The notes: generated from the sequence alone by a model not told the origin. A stretch of DNA of 64,000 nt from Paraphysomonas bandaiensis (GCA_965644295.1 CBFFRP010000046.1:1-64000), one strand, 5' to 3'. Positions 26,039 to 37,881 are shown, numbered from the stretch's first letter. Numbers and translations: made by a program.

Positions 26039-26534
26039 TCATTCGTATATAATCCCTCGCTTAGTGCGATATTCTTGTGAATGTCCTGTATCTACAGTAG
26101 TTGTCTTGCAAAAATCCGGGTTTGTATTATGAACTTTTCTGCATATTCTATTAGTATCAGCCCCCAAATTCAATAGACGAATTATTTCGTTCTTTATTCC
26201 TTGTGAATTGTAACAAAATTGCTGCTCATCGACATCAATCGTATTCAATGAACAGTATTTCTCAAATGATATGGCAGGAGTGCCTGTTGAGTCTACTAAA
26301 TCTTTTGATGCCTGTATGACCCGATTGCACACTGCATGCATTGATTGTATGTTATTGTTGCATAATATGCAATAAATACGTACCTGGACACTCTTTTTTT
26401 AGTGGAAGTGTATTAGTGGGACTGTTAGTAGTTGCAGCATAGCTGACGGTTACGCCCATCTGCATGAGGTAGGTGTATAAGTATGTATAGAGGCATATAT
26501 AGAGAGGAGCTGATAGGGTGCATTGTATACGCAT
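26039..26534 (-). CDS. Short MANF/ARMET-like saposin-fold protein; intron 26332-26383
   Basis: Splicing yields ECP|VC..EKYC..QFCY..RICRKVHNTNPDFC, the six-cysteine spacing of the ARMET N-terminal domain. Possible hydrophobic leader; start codon uncertain. Confidence 0.65.
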
Positions 26535-27181
26535 GATATGGTTGTTTGATGCACCAGTTAGGTGAGGAGATAGAGGGGTATGTTGCCAGATGGATTGTGA
26601 TGCAATGGATTGATCACTTGGGAGCTGAAGAGTCATATGAGTATAGTGCAGTGCAGTACACTCTCTCCATATGTACATGTCCACATACATACATACATAC
26701 ATACATACATACATACACATATACAGGAGTACTTATAGACGCCCATACGTACTGTACATGTATGTATGGGAACATCCAGAACTTTGGAACATTCGATCAT
26801 TCAGGAAGATGTACCTGTACACTTCTGAATAAGAAATATGCACAAGTACACATCTACAAGTACATCGCTGTGAAATACAACACCGTATACCACATACCTA
26901 ATTTTCCTACCACTCAGCCATCTAAACACCAGTAAACCCCCCTATTTCTCAATTTATCTCAACTTTCCCATTATATTCTCTAATTTTCAAAGAATTCTAA
27001 CCCCTCTTTATCTAAAAACTCCCAATATATTACTGATCTAATGATGTGTGGCGACTAACCAATACATACATACATACCGACATACATACACACATATAGA
27101 GATCGAGAGCACTCTCATCTCATGCATATATATACTAGCCTCATGTATTCCAAGCCATTATATTAAATAACTATAATAAAC

Positions 27182-30100
27182 ATGCTTCGTTTGAGTTCCC
27201 TTAACAGTCGATGGCGTGGAAGAACTCATTCAACCTTCTCAAAACTATTAAATCAACGTAAAATAGAAGCAGCTCAGAAGAACTCCAACTCATCTAATAA
27301 TCCGACAAATACCATAGCTAACAATACAAAAGATGGAACAGAAACCATAATAAATAAACAAAAAAATAATACAAATTCATTTTTTACCAAAAATATGAAT
27401 AAAGGACCCTCTAATCTGACCCGAAAACCACGTGTAGAGAATGGACGATGGATTCCTTCACAATCTGCTGCTCCTGAATCATCAGCTATTGGAGATCAAA
27501 TAAAGAATTCATTTCTTAAAGCATCAGAACAACAACGGCAGAGTACACTGAGTCAATGGTCTCGTCCAATGGATAAGAAATCAACTAGCACTCAATTTAA
27601 CAGACGAACTGATAGAAGAGAGCCTCCTCCTCGTCCTCAGAAGAAAGGCGGGCGTAATAATAATAACAACAACAGCAATAACACTGCTACAGAGGCTGAA
27701 CATATTAAAGCAACGAGACCGAATGTTGCTTTCAAAGAAAGACCTGGTTTTGCGGCGGCTGCTCAAGATGCTGTGGATATGGGCAATGAGAGTGGAGATG
27801 ATTCGGCTGATGAAATGCCTGTAGAGACAGAGGGGAAATTTCTGCAGAAGCAAATTCACCTTGAGCATAAAAGGAAAAAGGTGGGTGATATTACATATGT
27901 TTTGTAGTGCTAATCGACAGTATGCAGCTGGCCCAAGTGGTGCCTCAATACGCCCCCACTCGAAATATAAAAGGTTCGGGTGTTGGTGGAGTAGATCCTG
28001 ATGAAGATGGTGATAGTGATAGTGAGAACTCAATTTCTGACTGCAGTGATGAGGACCTTAACGATATTAAACCTCGCCAACCGCTTGCCCCTCCGACCAT
28101 GCCGAGTGATACTGGCCCTCTCTCAGTCTCAGAACTCAAGAAAATGATGGCCCAACGAATCGAATTCACAAGTCAGAACATGCCTACCAATAATTATGTG
28201 GACTATAGAGAAGAGCGACGTGCGAGACGGCATGCGAAGATGAATATGCTCAAGGCGAAGAAAGCGGCCCGGAAGGAACGTCTATTCGGCAAAAAGCAAA
28301 AACGTCCAGTTACTATTATCAGGGAGATTAAAATTCCTCATAATGGCCTTACCGTCAGGGAGATTGCCCAGCGGCTAAGTATGAAGATGACGGAAGTTGT
28401 GAAGCGTCTGAATGATCTTGGCGAGCTCTTAGACGGTCAGTATGATGCGATCTAATATGAGGCTATTGATTAATGTTGTGTATATGACAGTGCCTCAGGA
28501 GGGTATCGAGGACTTACTGATTGATCCGGATATCGTGGAGCTTCTCGCTCTTGAACTCAAACTGCCTGTGATTAGACAGGAAGCCATATATCGTGATGGT
28601 GTGGAGCGTGTGAAGGCTGCTCGCATGAAGATGGACGAGTCCTTACTAGTTCCCCGTGCCCCAATTGTTACTGTCATGGGACACGTCGATCACGGCAAGA
28701 CCACACTTTTGGACAGACTTTCGGGGGCTCACGTAGCAAAAGGTGAGGCAGGCGGAATCACGCAAAGGCTCAGTGCATTTAATGTGCATATGGGAGACCG
28801 TAGTGTTGTGATGATGGACACACCAGGACACGCTGCCTTTCATGCAATGAGAAAAAATGGAACTCTTGCAACTGATATAGTCGTTTTGGTGATTGCGATG
28901 GAAGATGGTGTGCGCACACAGACTGTGGAGGCAATAAAATTGGCAAAGAAATACAATTGTGCTATTGTTGTTGTACTTAACAAAGCTGACAAGTTCCAGA
29001 TTCGATCAGAGAGGGAAACAGTGCGTAACAAAATTCTATCCTCACTGTTGGAGCATGATGTCATTGCTGAGGAGTATGGTGGGGATGTGCAGGTCGTTGA
29101 AATGTCTGCCAAGTCCGGTGATGGAGTGGACAATTTAGTGGATAAATTACTTTTGCAGGCAGAGGTCATGGAACTTAAAGCCTCGGGTGAGGGATCAACT
29201 GAGGCCGTTGTACTTGATGCCAAGGTGGAAAAAGGTAGAGGTGTTGTTGTGGATCTGCTCGTGAAGTGGGGCACCTTGAAACCTGGAGACGCAGTTGTAG
29301 TCAGCACGGCATTTGGGAAAGTGAAAACTATTTTGGACGACAAAGGAAAGGTTATAAAGATGGCCGGTCCTTCAACTCCTGTACGGGTGCTTGGATTAAA
29401 GTCGCTGCCCGTGGCTGGTCAAGAGCTGATAAGCGTAGATGATTTGGCTAAGGCAAAGAAGATCGCTGAGCGCCGTCAGACACTGGAGGACACACGAAGA
29501 ATAAACGAATTATCGCGTCGTGCGAATGAGGTTGAGGGTGCCAGTGATGCAGTTATTGTAAGAGCTATACTGAAAGCGGATAGTGTCGGGGCGCTCAATG
29601 CGCTCAAAGAGATTATTGAAAATCTCTCTCAACGTACCGATGATGTAGTTATACACATTATACGGGAGTCTGTGGGTGACGTTACTCCGTCCGACGTACA
29701 ATTAGCGACGGTGTCAAGTGATGGTGAGAATGCTTGCATACTTGGGTTTAATGTGGGCGAGGGCCCTTCAAGCGTCCGGTCACTGGCGAAGCAAAATGAT
29801 GTTAGAGTTGTTACAAACTCTGTTGTGTACCGACTGGAAGAAGCTATGGAGGAAATCATGCACCAGTACATGCCCGAAGAGCGGCATCTTGTTTCTGAGG
29901 TCTGTATTGTGTGTGTAGATATTGCGTTTAATAGTTTGTACTTTGTGTAGGGAACTGCAACCGTGCTACAGTTGTTCGACTACAAGGCCAAAAATACTAC
30001 TCTCAAAGTGGCGGGCCTGCAAGTGTCAAGAGGGCAGCTGAAAGTGTCGAATAAACATGTATTCCGAATTAGACGCCCGCTCAGTACTATTGGGGAGGAT

Positions 30101-30384
30101 GGCCGTCCGATGGAGGAAATTGTACTAGATGAGGCTGCCAAGGCTACCTTGAAGCATTTTAAGGAGAAAGTATACGAGGTAAGAAGACAACTTTACTATG
30201 ATGATATAATAACTCTCGTCCCTAGGTCAAGCAAGGCTTTGAGTGTGGCCTTACTCTGGATGGATTCTCAGACTATAAAGAAGGCGACATCATCGAATGC
30301 TTTAGAGTCGAGAAGAAGTACAAATCGCTGGTAGTGCATGAGCAAGATAGGTCTGTAATTAATGTGAAAGAGATTGAAGAGTAG
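27182..30384 (+). CDS. Organellar (probably mitochondrial) translation initiation factor IF-2; spliced
   Basis: [26 protein letters not shown]; IF2 C-terminal KHFKEKVYE|VKQGFECG; Arg/Ser-rich presequence. Stop TAG 30382-30384. Confidence 0.92.
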
Positions 30385-30589
30385 CTCTTCAGTTAGAATT
30401 ATAGTGACTTAATTTAATTACATCATCCAGATGACCAGCAAGGGATCTTGTATTTTGTTACAGTGTATTGCTCTTTTCAAGGTCATGCTTACTTAGCTTT
30501 TATACATTTATTGAATGATCGAACTGTGGACATTCTATTATAAAGGTTGCTGTGAAAACTCTATCATCGAAGTATACATCATGAGTTGG

Positions 30590-31437
30590 ATCTAGGATCT
30601 AGTATTGGACTTTGTCAATTTTGTGTAAAATCCTAGTCACACCAAAAATCATGTAAAAACCTAGTCAAGGGGTTGAGAATCTTGTCATCTAATAATGCTT
30701 ACTTTCAGTTTACAATTTGGCTTGGTTGGCTAGAAAAATTAGGTTCTTATTGTATTTCATATTCATTTATAGCAGTAGCCATATAGCCATCAACTAATGA
30801 AATTACATCCTTGGTGCATGCGGCAACGCACAAACAGCTTTCGTAGCGTTACATAGTAGGATATGAAAGTTTGCACTAGTTAGTTGTTAGTTACAGGTAG
30901 AAGTCTATGTAGATTGACTAGTTTTCATCTAGCTACTTATCTGGTGATGATTCTTTACGTCTATTGCCTATTGCTGTTGGAATACGTATGGTTCTCTAAG
31001 ATAGTACTGTATAATACGTTAAATACAATGTGAAAAACAGTAATACGTAGTCAAAGACACTATATACCTATAACTGTGAAACTGAGGTATTGTATCATGA
31101 CGATTCAAGATACGGAAGTTGAGCAGTGGTTGATATGAACGAAACAAATGATCATGTTGTTGACATGTTCTACATGATAACACACACATTTGTGTATGCA
31201 ATTATAATAAAGAGTCTATCCAGTTTAATTACTATAAACTTTTCTTACGATCATAACTGTTAAAATATGGCCAATAGTCAATAATTGCTAGTAATAAGAC
31301 TTTCAAAATGAATGAATGCAGATATTGAATTATTTATTACTTTGACTTGGTTTTTGGCTTTTGTAGACAAAAATAGTGCGACCAGTAGGTAATTCAACAT
31401 TCAACCAATTTGTGTTGGTCGAATATTATTTCCCTAA
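30590..31437. mobile_element. Degenerate non-autonomous TIR element (CTAGTC/GACTAG subterminal-repeat family)
   Basis: 30600-30840 aligns by eye with 47710-47940 (CCTAGTCA repeats, TAGCCATCAAYTAATGAAA). 31335-31435 resembles 53110-53195 (ATTACTTTGACTWGG..CAAAAATAGTGYGAC..TATTTCCC). Ends are approximate. Confidence 0.55.
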
Positions 31438-31774
31438 TACTTAGCCAGTATAAATAGATAAATAATACATAGCAATTCCTATTAGTTTTCTGCCGTATGC
31501 GCAGTTACTTAATGAGTATGAAATATTTAAAATATCATTAATAACTATGGGATTAGAATATCCGCTAACGGACTTCTGAAAGGCACAAAAACACAGTCAT
31601 GAAGCGGCGTCTAATATCATTAATACATTTGTGCAGTGTGGTCTGCTCTATTAAAAAAGGCTTATTCTTAATTAATTGCGTCATGATGCTGCAAAGAAGA
31701 CAAAGATTTTCAATAGCAAGAATGCTTCATGCCTGCTAGTGAGTAAAATCAACTTAGAGCTATGTACTCCAACC

Positions 31775-33521
31775 CTATTGCATCTTATCACTCATGTCAA
31801 TAAATGCAGGACCAGACTCCAGAATCATAGTCTTTCTTCCGGCAGAGAAGTCAATATCACGAAGGCGTAACCGACGGAATGACGGATTGCCTGAGTCACG
31901 CCTGTGGATTATATAATTTAAGCAGGCGTATAGCACAGAAATAAAAAGGCTCACCAGTATATGGCCGGGTCGGCGTGGTCTCTCACCATACCCCACATAG
32001 TGTGATCGGCTGCACTGCCCTCTCCAGATCCCTCTCCCGTATCAGTGCCGTACTGATCACCCATAGGTACCGTGACAGTATTAAGTACTTGTGAGCACAG
32101 TGACAGGGCAGTCTGGAAGTCTTCTGTGTCAAAGTGACCTGCCTCCTGCATGCCGCTCTTCACCATATGCACCCGAAGATACCGTTCCTCGGGGTACCAA
32201 CCACCTGGAACGCCCACTGCCTGTCTAGCAAGGCTACGTTTCCACTCGTAGTGTTCAATATTGGTCAGGTGATAGTCAAATGTAGGCTCTATAAGAAGTG
32301 TATGAGATCTAGGCGCAAAGCAGTATCAAATCATTGCATAAACACTACCATTGGTCATGATGCCCCAACCAGACTGCCCATCATTGTAGTCCAGGTACAT
32401 TGTACGCTTTCCATCCATCAGCTCGATGACCAGAGATACGCCAGTTGAGTCGCGGAGGATGAAATGCTCCTGTACTATGGCAGGGCCCCATATGACTATA
32501 GAATCCATTGCATCCATAGCCTCGACCACACTGCCAAATGATTGTGTAATGTACTGACAAAAGGTTCCATAGAATATATTCTTCTTGCGAATACTAGGCT
32601 CCTCATACTTCGTTCCCACCAATGTGAGCATACCACAAGACAGACCCTTCTCATTTATGGCATCACCAAAGAGTGATGGGAACCCGTAATGATCATCTCC
32701 AAACCAGTTGCCTGTGCACATCAATTAATACGATAAGCGTACTGTGGATCCATATCGTGTGTTACCAGTGATTCCAATGGTGTTATACTTGCTTTCCCAC
32801 CTATACAGAGAGAGAGGGGCAGTTGATTAGAAGGGTCGAGCACATATATATGGTACATGTATACAGGCGCAGTGATACCTATAGAGTCATGGGTGTATAT
32901 ATGTATGTATGTGTGTCTACCTCTACAGGTATATATACGCACATTCTCCATACACCCCTCTACGTATATGTGTGTATAGATAGATATGTGTGTATGCGTG
33001 TATGTCCCTGTGTATACATATGTATGTATCTCTCTATATATATGTGTGTATGTGTATGTATTACTACACGCGCATCTCTCCATATACCCCTCTATATATG
33101 TGTATGTATGTATCTCTCTCTATGTATGTGTGTGTATGTATCTCTCTATATATGTATGCAGAGGCATGTGTATACATATGTATGTATCTCTATATGTGTG
33201 TATGTGTATGTATTACTACACGCGCATCTCTCTATGTATGTAGAGGCATGTGTGTGTATGTATGTATAGGAGGACCTGAATGAGAACTTGTCGTCAGGAT
33301 GATCCGAATAAGATTCTGATCCAGCAGGCCAACTGGTAATACTCCAATTACTGGTAGCTCCTAGATCCATAGTCCTTCATACGATATTAACACACTGCCA
33401 CACCATGAGAACGTACGAACCGGACAGAGAGTTTAATAGACGGGTGAGAGAAGTTCATATAGAAGTCCGTGCAGCCCATAGCAGAGGCTAGAATGAGGGA
33501 GAATATCACCGGATACATCAT
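31775..33521 (-). CDS. Secreted Ntn-hydrolase of the choloylglycine hydrolase / penicillin V acylase family; spliced
   Basis: Signal peptide MMYPVIFSLILASAMG directly followed by the nucleophile Cys (CTDF). Family motifs R|TMD, DAINEKGL, HFILRDSTG..VIE, IMTN|EP, VPGGWYPEERYLR, HTMW..VRD. Confidence 0.88.
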
Positions 33522-33598
33522 GATGATACAGGGGGTTTATTTTAAGATAGAGGACTGAACTGCTAACACAACACTAACACATACACACCACTGCACAC

Positions 33599-34237
33599 AT
33601 GTATGTATGTATGTATGTATGTATGTATGTATGTATGTATGTATGTATGTATGTATGTATGTATGTATGTATGTATGTATGTATGTATGTATGTATGTAT
33701 GTATGTATGTATGTATGTATGTATGTATGTATGTATGTATGTATGTATGTATGTATGTATGTATGTATGTATGTATGTATGTATGTATGTATGTATGTAT
33801 GTATGTATGTATGTATGTATGTATGTATGTATGTATGTATGTATGTATGTATGTATGTATGTATGTATGTATGTATGTATGTATGTATGTATGTATGTAT
33901 GTATGTATGTATGTATGTATGTATGTATGTATGTATGTATGTATGTATGTATGTATGTATGTATGTATGTATGTATGTATGTATGTATGTATGTATGTAT
34001 GTATGTATGTATGTATGTATGTATGTATGTATGTATGTATGTATGTATGTATGTATGTATGTATGTATGTATGTATGTATGTATGTATGTATGTATGTAT
34101 GTATGTATGTATGTATGTATGTATGTATGTATGTATGTATGTATGTATGTATGTATGTATGTATGTATGTATGTATGTATGTATGTATGTATGTATGTAT
34201 GTATGTATGTATGTATGTATGTATGTATGTATGTATG
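33599..34237. repeat. Perfect (TATG)n microsatellite, ~640 bp
   Basis: Directly visible; left flank of the Crypton-like element. Confidence 0.99.
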
Positions 34238-36510
34238 GACTGCATATGTGAAGCTCTATGGGTTTTTTCCTCATCTAAAAACCCCTAGTGTGAAGCCAAA
34301 AGCTTCACATATGCCTCGAATACGGACAAATATATAGTAGATAATCATATTCAATGCATATGTGAAGCTTTAGGCTTCACACAAAAACTGGCACTTTTAT
34401 ATAATAAAAATACTATTTTACAGGGAAATAGCCACTTTATTAATTGTAAAACACTGTTAGAATACTCTACTATTCTCCTCGAACATGACAGCCGTTAGTG
34501 GCATATATTAATATTCGACCATACTTACTGCAAACATGAGTGAGACAGACTCAGACAGGAAGTAAGAGTTACCTCATAGGGGAAGAGGAAGTGGCCGTAT
34601 ACGCCGACAGCGTGTTGTATCTGTTGACTCCAATGCTGATAATGTATCTGACTATATGAAGAAACGAACTAAAGCAGAGATGAAAGCAGCATACAAGCAA
34701 AGGTTGGCCATATTACTGTGTGGTGTAAAACAGAGTACCCTGAAGCTCTGATGATGATGAAAATTTGAAGATTCCATTCCCGAAAGACATCTGTCTGATT
34801 ACTTTGGCCATATGTAGAACTCAGCAAAGGCAATAGATGACTACAAGAAAGACATCAATGAACTGAAGAAGAAAAAACTCAAAAAGAAGAAGGGGTTTAA
34901 AGTCCGTTAACAATGAATGACTGTACGATTTTAGCGACGAAGATGATGTTAATGGTACCATTGCAGGCAGTTGGTCCGATATCTTGTTCATGTGGGAATA
35001 TTTTGTACTGATGTGGAATTTGATGAGTAGATCTGATTCAGTAGCTTCCTTGATGATTTAACTTTTTGACTGGAAAGGTGACTCAATGCTTGTTCAAGAC
35101 CAAGGACACAAAGCGGACAGGAAAGTCAGTGACAAAAAAGGGCATCATGCAAGACAATGAATGTAATGTGCAATGGTGGAAAACATTTAACTGACAAGAT
35201 GGTCAGATTATTCACTTCGTTCCAAAGGATTGGAGATTTACAGCCAGAATACCATTGATCTGTCTGTATGATTTATGGTTCTATGGAGATAGGGTGAGCT
35301 GAATAAGACCATATCGTCTCATAAGTCGTCGGTTTGACGTTTGACATACAGATGAGTGATGTTATTGCTTTTACTCGAGCTAGTACAGTGCGTGATGTCA
35401 TTTGTTAATACTATCGTGAGTGATAATGGGCTGCTGCCAGATGGATACAGCAACTTCAATAATGTTCCTGCACGTGCTAATAATGATGAATATATTCTAG
35501 TGTGCTGGATATAATTTTGAATTTCGTACGTAGCTTGTACAATGAAATCTGCATGTTGAATCGTGTACGGCATTGATAAATGATAGTTCTTTAATTTTAA
35601 GTAGTGCATATCAAAAGCTACAATTTCTTAGCTACAACAGCACCGTCATCTTGATAACTAGTAAACAACTCTACACGGTATGATCTTATACATACACACA
35701 CATCTTATATACGACAACACCTTCATACATACATACATACATACATACACATCTTATCTACGACATCACCTTAATCTTGATGAATGATATATGTAAACTT
35801 CAGTCATATTTACAGGACACAACAGATCATTACGAGTGATACAGCATTAGGAGTCATATGGTCGACAGGCTCTTCACTGGTTGGGTCGTAAGAGGCGTCC
35901 CTGTACCACATACATACACTCTCACCACCCCCACAACTCATCCACACTCTCATATTACTCATATGCTATCCTTATAGAGGAAGTCCTCATATGGATGATC
36001 ACCACCAGCTCCACTAACAACATCGTCACAGTCTTCTAACGGATACTATGCTTCCACAGCTCCATTAATGCAGATACACCATATAAAATAACATACTCAG
36101 GAGCGCATTAGTGGTGAACGCTTCTGGTTCAGTTATATGACTATTCAGGGTGCTCCATGCGGTCTATGCATGTATGTGTGTGTGGGTGTTCTGTATGTAT
36201 ATGTGTGTATCTGCTGCGGTATTATTCATGTGATCATACGAGTCTCTCTCCTCATGAGGAGCACACACCACTATACACCACTATGACCACACACTGTTGA
36301 TAGTCCTCACTCGTGTCTGTGAGTAGAGGCAGCAGCAGAGCCTCTGAATCATGTACTCATATATGCATATATCCACATCACATTCACTTCGAAGTGAGCC
36401 AGAGATATACACTCTTATACGCACACGTATACCAATGTATTCCATATACACAGTATACAGAGAATACGTAGCTTCACAGTTGTAGCAAAAAGCTTCACAT
36501 ATGCACTCAT

Positions 36511-36516
<6 letters not shown>
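34234..36516 (+). mobile_element. Degenerate CryptonS-type tyrosine-recombinase transposon embedded in (TATG)n
   Basis: TATGG at the left junction (34234-34238). 15-bp subterminal inverted repeat TGCATATGTGAAGCT at 34241-34255 and 36491-36505. Internal decayed recombinase reading frames. The right boundary is inferred from the inverted repeat. Confidence 0.75.
34650..35345 (+). pseudogene. Crypton tyrosine recombinase relic (stops, frameshifts, internal deletion)
   Basis: Manual translation gives WCKTEYPEAL; DDYKKDINELKKK; SPLTMNDCTILATKMM (from 34901); ILFMWEYFVLMWNLMSRSDSVASLMI*LFDWKGDSMLVQDQGHKADR (from 34981); WKTFN*QDGQIIHFVPKDWRF..LYDLWFYGD..IRPYRLI (from 35177). Confidence 0.8.
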
Positions 36517-36542
<26 letters not shown>

Positions 36543-36760
36543 TGTATGTATGTATGTATGTATGTATGTATGTATGTATGTATGTATGTATGTATGTATG
36601 TATGTATGTATGTATGTATGTATGTATGTATGTATGTATGTATGTATGTATGTATGTATGTATGTATGTATGTATGTATGTATGTATGTATGTATGTATG
36701 TATGTATGTATGTATGTATGTATGTATGTATGTATGTATGTATGTATGTATGTATGTATG
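36513..36760. repeat. Perfect (TATG)n microsatellite, ~248 bp
   Basis: Directly visible; right flank of the Crypton-like element, ending 47 bp before the next ATG. Confidence 0.99.
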
Positions 36761-36807
36761 GTGGTCTTGTTATTGTTGTTATTATTTTGTTCTCTGTCGA
36801 TATCAAC

Positions 36808-37881
36808 ATGAACAAAGAGGATCTCCCTCCCGAACTCCTCAATCAACTCTCTTCCGATGATTCCGATGTGTCTCTCGGTAAAGTCTCTATCAGCGATCTG
36901 CTGCTCCTCCTTCAATCTCGTATCCAATCAGATTATAACACTATCATCTCAAGTAATTTCATTGGCACTGGGAATGAGATTCAAGATATCTTCCACTTCA
37001 TCAATGAGGGGAATGTAGTCATCATCACAGGCATTATAACACTAACGCTGATTATGATGGGTATCATTCATATGCTCATGTCAAGCAGTGTATCCACCCC
37101 TGTGAAGGCATCTACTGAAGATGAAGATGAGGAGATTGTATTAAGAGACTTCACCATACAACAGTTACGTGAGTTTGATGGTGTTGAGAACAAGAAGATC
37201 TACATCGCTCTTAAGGGTGATGTGTATGATGTTACATGTGCAAAGGAATATTATGGACCAGAGAGTACATATCACTGTTTTGCTGGACGAGATGCATCAC
37301 GTGCAATGGCGAAACTGTCGTTTGATGAGGAAGAGCTCAGCAATCCCCGTATTGATGATTTGGGACCATTCGAACGGGACGTACTTGAGAACTGGGTCGA
37401 TAAATTCAAGTTCCTAAAGAACTATGTGGTAGTAGGCCGTCTAGTCTATCCTGCTACAGACCGTGTGTTTACTTTATCTGAATTACGTCAGTACACTGGT
37501 GACAAAACTGTGGAAGATGAGTCCACGGGTGGCACATCTTCAGGCCGAATTCACCAGGAAATTCTGATGGCAGTGAAGGGGAAAGTCTATGATGTGTCTT
37601 TCGGAGGCACCGACATGTACGGACCAGGGTGTCCGTATCACTTATTTGCGGGGAGAGATGCTTCTCGTGCGCTTGCTAAAATGTCGTTCAATCCTGAGGA
37701 TATTGAAACGCGTGATCTCTCTGACCTCACTGCCGAGCAACTCAAGGTACTAGATGATTGGGACGACAAGTTCGCCAACAAGAAGAAATACCCCGTTGTG
37801 GGACGTCTAGTCGGCGGAGACAGCTCAAACGCCGAAACAGCGGCCGCACAGGCGATTAATAATAAGCTCGCGAAGCAGTAG
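36808..37881 (+). CDS. Membrane-anchored MAPR/PGRMC-like protein with two tandem cytochrome b5-like heme/steroid-binding domains; no intron seen
   Basis: A TM segment is followed by two copies of FTxxxLRx(F/Y)xG..(L/V)KGxVYDV..YGPxxxYHxFAGRDASRAxAKxSF..W..KF....YxVVGRL. Confidence 0.92.
   Translation: MNKEDLPPELLNQLSSDDSDVSLGKVSISDLLLLLQSRIQSDYNTIISSNFIGTGNEIQDIFHFINEGNVVIITGIITLTLIMMGIIHMLMSSSVSTPVKASTEDEDEEIVLRDFTIQQLREFDGVENKKIYIALKGDVYDVTCAKEYYGPESTYHCFAGRDASRAMAKLSFDEEELSNPRIDDLGPFERDVLENWVDKFKFLKNYVVVGRLVYPATDRVFTLSELRQYTGDKTVEDESTGGTSSGRIHQEILMAVKGKVYDVSFGGTDMYGPGCPYHLFAGRDASRALAKMSFNPEDIETRDLSDLTAEQLKVLDDWDDKFANKKKYPVVGRLVGGDSSNAETAAAQAINNKLAKQ

Noticed and set aside
34890-35310. Stop-codon reassignment suggested by in-frame TAA/TGA in the recombinase relic
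   Set aside because: Frameshifts co-occur, and host genes end normally at TAA, TAG or TGA with long clean frames. This is pseudogene decay.
36514-36807. (MYVC)n N-terminal extension of the MAPR ORF
   Set aside because: In-frame microsatellite; the ATG at 36808 is the plausible start.
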